From assembly GCA_903904835.1 (NCBI GenBank), contig CAIVEI010000058.1, positions 8,580-72,579 of the forward strand: DNA of 64,000 bases, in the 5' to 3' direction. Both the position numbers and the translations under genes were made by a program. Below the pieces are notes generated by a model. The model worked only from the letters and a program-made list of their open reading frames with translations, was not told the DNA's origin and ran no database searches. Below are positions 1 to 10,488 of the stretch, piece by piece. Position 1 is the stretch's first letter; each line of letters begins with the position of its first letter. The DNA is from an uncultured Schlesneria sp. Its GTDB lineage: Bacteria > Planctomycetota > Planctomycetia > Planctomycetales > Planctomycetaceae.

Positions 1-1184
1 TGCTGATGCTGGGAGGAGGCAATCCTGCCGCTGTTCCTGCAATTCAAGCCCTTTGGCGCGGCAGAATGCAGGAGCTCGTGAATGCAGGAGGCTCGTTCGA
101 CCGGATGCTCGGAAACTATGATCCTCCTCAGGGAAACCCGCGTTTTATCCGGTCGTTGTCGGAACTGCTGCGACGGACATTCGGATGGGATGTCCATTCC
201 GAAAACATCGCCATAACGAATGGAGGGCAAAGTGCCTTCTTCTTTCTGTTTAATTTGCTCGCCGGACGATTCGAAGGGCGACGCAAGCGAAAAATCCTGC
301 TCCCGTTGACTCCGGAATATATTGGATATGCCGATCAGGGTATCGACGAATCCATGTTTGTCGCTTGTCGGCCAGAAATTACTTGGCCGAATGGGCCTGA
401 AAGTCAGATTTTTAAATACCGAATCGATTTTGCGGCGGTCGAAGCCACGCTCGCGGATCAGGATATTGCGGCAATCGCCGTGTCTCGTCCGACGAATCCG
501 ACCGGGAACGTCCTGACGGACGAGGAAATCCAGCGAATTGCGGATCTTGCCCTAGGTAGGGGAATTCCGTTGATCATTGATAACGCCTACGGCGCCCCGT
601 TTCCCGGAGTGATCTTCACCGAGGCGAAACCGTTCTGGGCACCGAATGTGATCATGACTCTGAGTCTTTCCAAGCTAGGTTTACCCGGCACTCGGACCGC
701 CGTTGTGATTGGACCTGAGCAAATTGCATCGGCGGTCGCGGCGATGACAGCCATCGCGGGTCTTGCCAACGGAACGATCGGGCAACAGCTAGTCCTTCCG
801 TTGGTCGAGTCTGGCGAAATCCTGGAGCTTGGTCCGCGGCACCTGGTTCCGTTTTATGCGGAAAAAAGCCAGAGAGCGCAAGAATGGATCCATCAATTCT
901 TTACTGCTGCAGGTTTGGACTGGGCACTTCACGCCAGTGAAGGAGCGTTTTTTCATTGGCTGTGGCTGCGAAATCTCGGGATCACAACCAAAGAGCTTTA
1001 TGCTCGCCTCAAGGCCCGCAACGTACTGATCGTCCCCGGCGAATACTTCTTCTTCGGGTTAGACGAGGACTGGTCGCATCGGCACGAGTGCCTTCGCCTG
1101 AACTTCTCGCAGCCCGCCGAGGTCGTCCGCGAAGGACTGCGAGTGATCGCCGACGAAGCCGCAAAAGCCCAGTTGCGCTCGTAG
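1..1184 (+). CDS. avtA: valine--pyruvate aminotransferase (class I/II PLP aminotransferase), 5' end cut by window edge
   Basis: ORF 6..1184 stays open to base 1. It is collinear with E. coli AvtA as I recall it: LGGGNPA, NYDPPQGN, ITNGGQSAFFFLFNLLAG, VSRPTNPTGNV, IDNAYGAPFPG, and the PLP-lysine context LSLSKLGLPG. Confidence 0.85.
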   Translation, partial: LMLGGGNPAAVPAIQALWRGRMQELVNAGGSFDRMLGNYDPPQGNPRFIRSLSELLRRTFGWDVHSENIAITNGGQSAFFFLFNLLAGRFEGRRKRKILLPLTPEYIGYADQGIDESMFVACRPEITWPNGPESQIFKYRIDFAAVEATLADQDIAAIAVSRPTNPTGNVLTDEEIQRIADLALGRGIPLIIDNAYGAPFPGVIFTEAKPFWAPNVIMTLSLSKLGLPGTRTAVVIGPEQIASAVAAMTAIAGLANGTIGQQLVLPLVESGEILELGPRHLVPFYAEKSQRAQEWIHQFFTAAGLDWALHASEGAFFHWLWLRNLGITTKELYARLKARNVLIVPGEYFFFGLDEDWSHRHECLRLNFSQPAEVVREGLRVIADEAAKAQLRS

Positions 1185-1337
1185 TTGGCTACGCAAAGTC
1201 TCAACTACCGGGAACTTGCAATCCAGAACGATTGACGACGGGTGTACCGCTCGCTAACAATGACAGATCATTTCCCCTAGCCGTCCGAAAACTTCGCTCC
1301 ACCTTGAACAATATATTTTGCGAATGTGAGAGGCTCC

Positions 1338-3032
1338 ATGTCTGAAGATTACATTAGAAGACTCGTTGATACCGGCGTGATCAGCGAAGATCAGCTCGCT
1401 GAAGCCGAAGGGATGGCGAGAAGCCTCGGGATCTCGGCCGCCGATGCATTGGTTCGACTTGGTTACGTCAGCAGCGGTGAAATGGGCCAGTTGCAGGCGG
1501 AGCAATATGGCCACGAATTCGTCAATATTGACGCCATGGAGATTCCGGCAAGTGTCATCGCTTTGATTCCAGAATCGGTCGCACGCGAGAACATTGTCAT
1601 CCCTCTGGGGCTCGATGACGAGCGTCTTCGAGTCGCAATGATGAACGCCAACGACCTGGATGTCATCGATAAGCTGCGCTTTATGGTCAATCGCGACATC
1701 GAGCCGGTCGGAGCACCAAGAGAATCGATTCAAAACGCAATTAACCGCTATTATGGTGGCTCTGAAACCGAGTCGGTTGATTCAATGCTGATGGAGTTTA
1801 CCGAGACAGCGATTGACTTTACGGAAACTGATGCACCTCAGTCCAAGGCCGAGAAGGATGAAGAAAGTTCTCCTGTCGTTCGGCTTTGTAATCTAATTGT
1901 GTCCGAAGCTGTCAGCATGCGGGCGAGCGATATTCATATCGAGCCGTTCGAAGATCGAATCCGCGTTCGGTATCGGATCGACGGTGTGCTGGTTGAACGC
2001 GACAGCCCTCCCAGGCGACTGTTGGCGGCGCTGACTTCACGTTTTAAGATCATGGCACGTATGGACATCGCTGAAAAACGCAGGCCTCAGGACGGTCGAA
2101 TTAAGACTCGAGCCGCCGGCAAAGACTTCGACTTACGCGTCAGCATCCTCCCGACCAGTCATGGTCAGGCGATCGTCATGCGAATTCTTGACCGCGACAA
2201 TATTAAGGTCGGTATCCGAAACCTGGGATTCAGTGAAGAAAACTATCGACGATTCCAGAACATCATTCGCCGCCCGAATGGAATCTTTCTTGTCACCGGG
2301 CCAACGGGAAGCGGTAAGACGACCACTCTTTATAGCGCTCTCGGTGAACTCAATCGGCCCGACCGAAAGATCATCACTGCCGAAGACCCGGTCGAGTACT
2401 ACCTCCCCGGGATCAACCAGGTTGAGGTCAAACATGATATCGGTCTCGACTTCTCGCGAATTATCCGTGCAATGCTTCGGCAGGCACCGAATGTGATCCT
2501 GGTCGGGGAAATTCGCGATGCCGAGACGGCTGAGATGGCAATTCAAGCTTCTCTGACTGGACACTTGGTTTTTAGTACGCTACATACGAACGATGCGCCC
2601 AGTTCTATTACACGCCTGATCGACATGGGGGTTGAGCCGTTCCTGGTTGCGTCCTCCGTAATGGCGATCATGGCACAGCGTTTGATCCGTGTCGTTTGTC
2701 CAAAATGTAAAGAAACTTACGTCCCGGATTCGAGCGAAATTCAGCACTTTGGTGTGACGCCAGACCAGATTGCGGAGGCCACGTTTATGCGAGGAAAAGG
2801 ATGTAACCACTGTCAGCACACAGGTTACCGTGGACGAAACGCCGTCTTTGAGCTGATGGTAATGAACTCAACGTTGCGAGAGATGACGTTCCGGAGTGAG
2901 CCGGCACAAAATATTCGCCGGCAGGCCCGGTTGTTCGGCATGAAGACGCTTGTGGAAGACGCCTTGTCCCGTGCATTACTCGGGAAGACCCCTCTGGTTG
3001 AAGTTTACCGATTGGATAAGGGAGGTCACTGA
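1338..3032 (+). CDS. pilB: GspE/PilB-family secretion/pilus assembly ATPase, copy 1
   Basis: Walker A GPTGSGKTTT, Asp/His boxes (ILVGEIRD, TGHLVFSTLHTND), tetracysteine CPKC...CNHC and an N-terminal T2SSE_N-like domain. ATG at 1338 follows gagagg; the track start at 1326 is a GTG. Confidence 0.88.
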   Translation: MSEDYIRRLVDTGVISEDQLAEAEGMARSLGISAADALVRLGYVSSGEMGQLQAEQYGHEFVNIDAMEIPASVIALIPESVARENIVIPLGLDDERLRVAMMNANDLDVIDKLRFMVNRDIEPVGAPRESIQNAINRYYGGSETESVDSMLMEFTETAIDFTETDAPQSKAEKDEESSPVVRLCNLIVSEAVSMRASDIHIEPFEDRIRVRYRIDGVLVERDSPPRRLLAALTSRFKIMARMDIAEKRRPQDGRIKTRAAGKDFDLRVSILPTSHGQAIVMRILDRDNIKVGIRNLGFSEENYRRFQNIIRRPNGIFLVTGPTGSGKTTTLYSALGELNRPDRKIITAEDPVEYYLPGINQVEVKHDIGLDFSRIIRAMLRQAPNVILVGEIRDAETAEMAIQASLTGHLVFSTLHTNDAPSSITRLIDMGVEPFLVASSVMAIMAQRLIRVVCPKCKETYVPDSSEIQHFGVTPDQIAEATFMRGKGCNHCQHTGYRGRNAVFELMVMNSTLREMTFRSEPAQNIRRQARLFGMKTLVEDALSRALLGKTPLVEVYRLDKGGH

Positions 3033-3256
3033 GTCGCCATTGATTTGAGAAACCGGGTTCGACTTGTAAGAATGTCACTGACAACATTTCTCAACTCGTT
3101 CTGAATTCGGTGCCAATCTTCGGCGGTTTTTTGCAGTTCGTTTTGCGATTGATCAATGAGTTGTTTGTGTGATTCCATGCTTTGGTCGTCAAAGTCAATG
3201 ATGTTAACCTGTGGCGGAAACTGAGTTGTATTGGACGAGTGTCGCGATTGTGACAC
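3026..3256 (-). CDS. hypothetical small hydrophilic protein (76 aa), antisense, filling the pilB1-pilT gap
   Basis: The only ORF spanning the 245-nt gap. No repeats and varied codons, but no recognisable motif or RBS. Confidence 0.2.
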   Translation of the reverse strand: MSQSRHSSNTTQFPPQVNIIDFDDQSMESHKQLIDQSQNELQKTAEDWHRIQNELRNVVSDILTSRTRFLKSMATQ

Positions 3257-3277
3257 AGAGCCGGTTGAAGGAAGTCA

Positions 3278-4405
3278 ATGGCTGCAACACTTCAGATCGA
3301 TAAGATGCTCGAAACCGTCGTGCGTGAGAAAGCAAGCGATTTGCATATCACGACGGGGCAGCCCCCTGTGTTACGGATGGGCGGGCATATGGTTCGCCTG
3401 GAAACCAAGACGCTAACTCCCGAAGACACCGTCGGGTTGATGAAAAGTATCTGCCCGGAACGAAATCAGCAGGAGTTGCAAGAAGTCGGGGGGACCGACT
3501 TCGGGTTTGCCTTCGGTGATAAGGCTCGATTCCGCGTTGCTGTTTTTAAGCAACGAGGTCACGTCGGGATGGTCTTGCGGCGGGTTCCCAACGAATTCCT
3601 GTCGTTCGAGCAACTCGGTCTTCCGATGGTCATTCGTGATCTCATCATGCGGCCTCGCGGTCTGTTTCTCGTGACGGGGCCGACCGGCAGCGGCAAGACG
3701 ACCAGTCTGGCCAGTATGATCAACTATCTGAACGATACGGTCGATCACCATATTATTACGCTCGAAGACCCGATTGAGTACTACCATCAACACAAGAAGT
3801 CGACGATCAATCAGCGCGAGATTGGTGTCGATGTTCCCGATTTTCCAGAAGCACTGCGTCGAGCGTTGCGTATGGACCCCGACGTGATTCTGGTCGGTGA
3901 AATGCGAGACTTGGCGACAATTTCCTCTGCAATCACCGCGGCAGAAACAGGGCACGTTGTGTTCGGTACGCTGCACACGACAGGTGCTCAAGGGACCGTC
4001 GACCGAATCATCGACGTGTTTCCAACCAATCAGCAGGAACAGATTCGAACCCAGTTGTCAGTGGCGATCATCGGAATTCTTTCTCAAGCATTGCTTTCGA
4101 GAAAGCCAAAAGGAGTTGTAGCAGCTTACGAGTTGCTGGTGGTGACCCCTGCTATCGCCAACTTGATTCGTGAAGCCAAAACCTACCGAATCAACTCGTC
4201 AATTCAGACCGGACGAAAGTTCGGTATGCAGCTACTTGATGATGCGTTGTTCAGTTTGTGGAAGAACAATATCTGTGAAGAAGATACGTGCGTCATTCGG
4301 TCGAACCAGCCAGGTGAACTGAAGGCGAGAATTGCCCGAGCGAAAAAAGGGCTGCTGGACGAAGAGGAAGAGGAAGAAGACGAAGATGGCGGCGAAAAGC
4401 ATTGA
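3278..4405 (+). CDS. pilT: type IV pilus retraction ATPase PilT
   Basis: PilT-sized (375 aa). N-terminus ...ASDLHITTGQPPVLRMGG, Walker A GPTGSGKTTS, ILVGEMRD, TGHVVFGTLHT. Has an unusual acidic tail. Confidence 0.9.
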   Translation: MAATLQIDKMLETVVREKASDLHITTGQPPVLRMGGHMVRLETKTLTPEDTVGLMKSICPERNQQELQEVGGTDFGFAFGDKARFRVAVFKQRGHVGMVLRRVPNEFLSFEQLGLPMVIRDLIMRPRGLFLVTGPTGSGKTTSLASMINYLNDTVDHHIITLEDPIEYYHQHKKSTINQREIGVDVPDFPEALRRALRMDPDVILVGEMRDLATISSAITAAETGHVVFGTLHTTGAQGTVDRIIDVFPTNQQEQIRTQLSVAIIGILSQALLSRKPKGVVAAYELLVVTPAIANLIREAKTYRINSSIQTGRKFGMQLLDDALFSLWKNNICEEDTCVIRSNQPGELKARIARAKKGLLDEEEEEEDEDGGEKH

Positions 4406-4443
4406 TCGGCGCGAACGGGGCTATTCGCAAGGATCGAGGGCTT

Positions 4444-4473
4444 GGGCGAGCCGGGCGGCCTAATCCCCCCGGG
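4444..4473. repeat. dispersed repeat family A (GGCGAGCCGGGCGGC...CCCCGG)
   Basis: gggcgagccgggcggcctaatccccccggg. Close copies at 6507-6536 and, reverse-complemented, at 46244-46261 and 46461-46491. Confidence 0.8.
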
Positions 4474-4724
4474 CCCGTCGGTGTTGTAATTGTTGTGGAG
4501 ATTGTCGGTTAGCAACGGGTCGGAGCCGAGTTGAGCGTTGATCGGGTGTCGTGGTTAATTCCTGCTGCCGATGGTTAATTAGTTTTTTTCGTGTGTTTCG
4601 TGTTAATAAGACTTTGTTAGTGGTTGGTGTGGTTGCATTTCTTTCGTGATTCATCAGTATTTCCCGGTTGGTCTAACCGGGCGGCGGCTTATCAATTTAG
4701 CCTCATTTATGAACGTGACCTAAA

Positions 4725-6428
4725 ATGGCTCATCGGCGGTTCGGTCAGATTCTTGTTGATCTTGGGTATCTCACAGAAGACCAGTTGTGGGATGTACTCG
4801 AGGCGAAGAAGCAGGGGCAGGGTGAACTTACCGGCCAGATCGCCATCGCAATGGGCTTCATTACCGAAGCTCAAGTCACCGAAGCACTGGCCGAGCAATG
4901 GGGGATGCCGGTCGTTAACCTCGCAGAGACCACGATTCCCGCCAAGGCACTTGAACTTGTTCCGCAGACGATGGCTGATGTCTATAAGATTATCCCCATC
5001 TCGCTGAAAGATAATGTTCTGACGGTAGCGATGGCGGACCCGCAGAATCTCGGAGCGCTTGACGATCTTCGGAGTATGCTGGGGGTTGATGTACGCGGTG
5101 CTGTTTCGAATGCCAGGGATGTCGAAGCGGCAATCGCTCGACAGTACGCAGGCCGCGAAGAGAGCATCGAAGATATTATTGCCAAGCTTGAAGAAGACGC
5201 TCCAGTGTCGAATGGCAAAAATGATCGAGTACATGATCTGTCTCCTGATGGGGATGAGGCACCGATCCGCAAGCTGCTGAATATGATCCTGTTGCTGGCC
5301 ATCAAGGATCAGGCGAGTGACATTCACTTTGAACCGTTCGAAGACGAATTCCGGGTCCGTATCAAAGCGGACGGAATGCTTTATGAGCTGGTGCCACCCC
5401 CGCGACATCTGGCGAATGCCATCGTCTCGCGTATTAAAATTATGTCCGAACTGGACATCGCTGAGCGTCGGTTGCCTCAGGACGGTCGTATTGAACTGAG
5501 TGTCGGTGGGCATCAGGTCGACTTGCGAGTCAGCGTGCTCCCTACACTGTTTGGCGAAGCAGTCGTTATGCGAGTGCTTGACCGAACCGTCGTGCAGCTC
5601 GACTTGAACAAGATCGGAATGGACGCCACGACGCTGACGAGGTTTCGTTCTGTCATTAAGCGTCCGAACGGAATCGTGCTCGTGACCGGGCCGACCGGTA
5701 GCGGTAAAACGACGACGCTTTACTCGGCACTCAACGAGCTGAACGATATTGAAACCAAGATCATCACGACCGAAGACCCGATCGAATATGAAATCGATGG
5801 ATTGATCCAGGTCCCTGTGAATCCCGATATTCAAGTCACATTCGCAACGGTCTTACGAGCCATCCTGCGGCACGATCCCGATACGATTCTGGTTGGTGAG
5901 ATTCGAGACTTTGAAACGGCTGAAGTGGCAATTCAAAGTGCGTTGACCGGGCACCTGGTCTTCAGCACGCTGCACACCAATGATGCACCCAGTACGATCA
6001 CTCGCCTTCGCGACATGGGGATCGAGCCCTTCCTGATCACGGCCACCGTCGAAGCAGTTCTCGCTCAACGACTTGTCCGAAAAATCTGTACGGAATGCCG
6101 AACGCAATTTGAACCCAGCGACGAGTTGTTAATGGAATTGCAGCTCCCGATCGCGCAGGCTCGTCAATATAAATTCTACTACGGTCGTGGTTGCCAGCGA
6201 TGTAATAACTCTGGCTACAAAGGCCGATGCGGGATTTATGAATTGCTGGACGTAACTGACGATATTCGAGACCTGGTTTCGTCGAACGCTAACGTGGATG
6301 AAATTCGAAACTTCGCTCGCGGGCAAGGCATGACCACGCTCCGCGAAGCTGGCTTGAAACTGATCTTCGACGGCATCACAACAATCGACGAAGTTGTTCG
6401 CGAAACCGTCATGGAAGACGCCGGCTGA
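4725..6428 (+). CDS. pilB: GspE/PilB-family secretion/pilus assembly ATPase, copy 2
   Basis: Walker A GPTGSGKTTT, ILVGEIRD, TGHLVFSTLHTND, CTEC...CQRC zinc motif. The N-terminus RFGQILVDLGYLTEDQLWDVLEAKKQ resembles the MshEN motif. Confidence 0.88.
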   Translation: MAHRRFGQILVDLGYLTEDQLWDVLEAKKQGQGELTGQIAIAMGFITEAQVTEALAEQWGMPVVNLAETTIPAKALELVPQTMADVYKIIPISLKDNVLTVAMADPQNLGALDDLRSMLGVDVRGAVSNARDVEAAIARQYAGREESIEDIIAKLEEDAPVSNGKNDRVHDLSPDGDEAPIRKLLNMILLLAIKDQASDIHFEPFEDEFRVRIKADGMLYELVPPPRHLANAIVSRIKIMSELDIAERRLPQDGRIELSVGGHQVDLRVSVLPTLFGEAVVMRVLDRTVVQLDLNKIGMDATTLTRFRSVIKRPNGIVLVTGPTGSGKTTTLYSALNELNDIETKIITTEDPIEYEIDGLIQVPVNPDIQVTFATVLRAILRHDPDTILVGEIRDFETAEVAIQSALTGHLVFSTLHTNDAPSTITRLRDMGIEPFLITATVEAVLAQRLVRKICTECRTQFEPSDELLMELQLPIAQARQYKFYYGRGCQRCNNSGYKGRCGIYELLDVTDDIRDLVSSNANVDEIRNFARGQGMTTLREAGLKLIFDGITTIDEVVRETVMEDAG

Positions 6429-6506
6429 CGCAGAAAGTAGTGGGTTGAAAGTAGAGAGTAGAGAGAAAGAGGCGCGAACGAAGACGTTCGTGTGATGAAG
6501 AAAATT

Positions 6507-6536
6507 CCAGGCGAGCCGGGCGGCGTTAGCCCCCGG
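6507..6536. repeat. dispersed repeat family A copy
   Basis: ccaggcgagccgggcggcgttagcccccgg. Matches 4444-4473 and the reverse complement of 46461-46491. Confidence 0.8.
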
Positions 6537-6825
6537 ACTCTTCGGATGGATAATAGTTGGTCTTCGAGCAATCTGGCTAGATTAATCGATAATTAACGAT
6601 AGTGGCACAAGTAATGTAATCAATAATTTCTAAGCCCGTCAGATTTGTTGCCGGTAGCCTTAGGAATCGTGGTTGTTGGATGTAGTAAAGGTCAAGTGGC
6701 ATAGAGTCAAAGTCGTAATGTGATTTCGCAGGATCGAGGCTGTAGGCGAACCAGCCGAGTGAATGCCAGACGATTTAAGAGTACTTATCTGCTGCAGTGC
6801 GAGTAAATTCGATCGGAGACGGGCA

Positions 6826-8115
<1,290 letters not shown>

Positions 8116-8232
8116 TCAGTCGTACGGACTGAAAAACATAACATTGCGAAGTCTGTCTGCTGCGGGCGTATCCTCACGGATTTCGGGTTGCTACACCCAG
8201 GTTACGCGCGGCATCAACATTAGGAACGAATC

Positions 8233-9159
8233 ATGGTGGGGTCTCGAACGCGGAAAACAGACGATTGTCGAAGCGGATTCACGTTAATTGAATTGATGGT
8301 CGTGATCGTGATCATCTCGATCCTGATGGCATTGATCCTCCCCGCGATCGGTGGGGCAATCAAGAACACGCGTATTGCGGGTGTTGTTAACGAAATCAAC
8401 CAGCTTGATTCGGCGATCGCCAGATTTAAGGCGGATCATGGAATCGAACCTCCTAGTAGTATTGTCCTTTGCGAAAAGTCCACTGATTGGACAAGTAACA
8501 CGTCAACCATTAACAGTGCGGCTCTGATTCGTCAGATCTGGCCGAGCTATGATTTCGGCAACCACGACATCAATGGCAATGGGACGACAACTGATATCAT
8601 CACCTTAAGCGTCGGCGAATGCCTGGTTTTCTTTCTCGGCGGAGTGAATGGCAATGACACTCCAGGTACGTCGGCTCAAAACAATATCGCAGGTCAGATC
8701 GGTCCATGCACTGGTTTCTCGAAGAATCCGGCGAGTCCGTTCGACCGGGGTGGGTCCAGTCGCGAAGCGCCATTGTTTGAGTTTGTTCCATCAAGATTCA
8801 CTGACATTAATAAGAACGGCTTTCCCGAATACAAAGACAATCTTCCCTCGCAAACGAATCCCTATCTCTATTACAGCGGTTACGACGGACAAGGGTACGC
8901 AACAGCGACGGAGTTTGGCGGGGGGGCATTGACCAGTCCTTACCTGCAGGGATCAACACTCACCAGCCAACCCTGGAAGCCCAACGGACATCAGATTATT
9001 TCCCCTGGCTACGATCGGGCTTATGGGTTCGGTGGGCCATATTTACCAAAGACAACCGATCCTCTTCCGGCAGCAAGTTCTGGTTCGCCGACGATCAAAG
9101 AACGACAGCCGGAATTAGACAATATTACCAACTTTTCGAATGGTCAACTGCAGCCATAG
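8233..9159 (+). CDS. prepilin-type N-terminal cleavage/methylation protein (pilin/pseudopilin, 308 aa)
   Basis: Short basic leader, then G|FTLIELMVVIVIISILMALILP with Glu+5. RBS aggaa lies upstream of the ATG. Confidence 0.8.
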   Translation: MVGSRTRKTDDCRSGFTLIELMVVIVIISILMALILPAIGGAIKNTRIAGVVNEINQLDSAIARFKADHGIEPPSSIVLCEKSTDWTSNTSTINSAALIRQIWPSYDFGNHDINGNGTTTDIITLSVGECLVFFLGGVNGNDTPGTSAQNNIAGQIGPCTGFSKNPASPFDRGGSSREAPLFEFVPSRFTDINKNGFPEYKDNLPSQTNPYLYYSGYDGQGYATATEFGGGALTSPYLQGSTLTSQPWKPNGHQIISPGYDRAYGFGGPYLPKTTDPLPAASSGSPTIKERQPELDNITNFSNGQLQP

Positions 9160-9217
9160 TTCCTTGTCGCTTAACGTTACGTGCCTTCGTTTGCTTTAGT
9201 TTCCAGGTGTTTCGAAC

Positions 9218-10486
9218 ATGTCCCGCAACACGAAAAATCGCCGTGACGGCTTTACGATGATCGAGTTGCTGGCCGCCATTGCGGTCATCGCGCTGATGAT
9301 GGCGTTGTTAACAACAGCTTCGTATCGATTTATTGTCAGCGCGCGGGAATCGGCCACTGCAACGACAGTGACAAAGGCCAGTGGGATCATCCAGGATCGC
9401 GTCCGGGCATTTCGTGAGTTTGATTTTTCCGACGCCGGTACATTTGGCGCCAACAACTGGAACGCGAATAACCCATCGGATCAGATGACACCCCAATTGG
9501 CTGAGGTGATCTTTCGAAAGACTCGATACAAAAAAGCGTTTCCACAAGCGTGGGCCGAATTGGACAAGACGCAGTTGTCACGTTTGTTTCCGGATTTCCC
9601 AATTTCGAACCCAACGTTTCCTCTGGATTCGTCAACGTTCCCTGCCACATACAAACCAAAATTTGAGTCGGGAATCATTCTTTACGCACTGCTGTTACGA
9701 GGCGAGACCTTTGGTGCGCCAACACCGACGGACGATGCGTTTACCGGGGCAGAAATCAAAACTTCGGCAGAAACGTTAGGACTTCCTTGTCTGGTCGATG
9801 CGTGGGGTGAGCCGATTCGATTCTACCGGTGGCCGACTCGATTGATCCGCTGTGGGGAACAGAATTTTTCCGGGGCATCTGGATCGTCAGCGTTTGACGA
9901 TATCAATCAAAATACGACGCAAGATCCGGCGGGATGGGTAGAAGCTTCTGGTAGTAATTCCGCAACGTTCAGCCCGGCAATTCGTCCGAATTCCCTTTTC
10001 CCTGGGGCGACCCCTGCTTCACTGTTAATTTCTAACATGCCACCGTTTGATCCTGCCAGTTCTTTTTCTAAAGGCCCTGACCTTAGTCCGGGGAATAGTG
10101 GTGGGTCACCGCCATTCTCGACTTTAGGTTTCCCTGATACTGACGACCCCGAGTCACTAAACATCGATCCCGATGATCCATCATTTCAACTCTCTGCTTG
10201 GCTGTTTGACCCGAACGCCACGACGGCGGTAACAGCCACGCGAAGAGCTCAGTTTGTTGTGGGCGTGCATGACTTTTTCACTTTCCATACGCCTTTGATC
10301 ATCTCGGCGGGTCCCGATAAACAGCTTGGTTTGTTTGAGCCAACCGATGTCCCTACGACAGCCAATCCGAACTCATTGAACTTCGGATATTTAGCCGCGC
10401 CAATCTTGACGCCGACAGCGAATAAAAGTTTGCAGGTGTTGTTTGACAATATTACGAACTTAAATCAGCGCGCGGGGGGTAAATAG
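9218..10486 (+). CDS. GspG-like pseudopilin, enlarged (422 aa)
   Basis: RDG|FTMIELLAAIAVIALMMA with Glu+5. VDAWGEPIRFYRWP resembles the GspG DPWGxPY motif. Confidence 0.75.
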   Translation: MSRNTKNRRDGFTMIELLAAIAVIALMMALLTTASYRFIVSARESATATTVTKASGIIQDRVRAFREFDFSDAGTFGANNWNANNPSDQMTPQLAEVIFRKTRYKKAFPQAWAELDKTQLSRLFPDFPISNPTFPLDSSTFPATYKPKFESGIILYALLLRGETFGAPTPTDDAFTGAEIKTSAETLGLPCLVDAWGEPIRFYRWPTRLIRCGEQNFSGASGSSAFDDINQNTTQDPAGWVEASGSNSATFSPAIRPNSLFPGATPASLLISNMPPFDPASSFSKGPDLSPGNSGGSPPFSTLGFPDTDDPESLNIDPDDPSFQLSAWLFDPNATTAVTATRRAQFVVGVHDFFTFHTPLIISAGPDKQLGLFEPTDVPTTANPNSLNFGYLAAPILTPTANKSLQVLFDNITNLNQRAGGK

Positions 10487-10488
10487 CC

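Noticed and set aside
4707-5834. 375-aa ORF antisense to pilB2. Similar long antisense or shadow ORFs lie at 1254-1733, 3413-3991, 20853-21401, 22317-22901, 37653-38303, 42156-42701, 43582-44346 and 63076-63723.
   Set aside because: Each lies entirely inside a gene with strong family motifs on the other strand. The translations are Arg/Ser/Gly-rich with no motifs, as expected for shadow frames.
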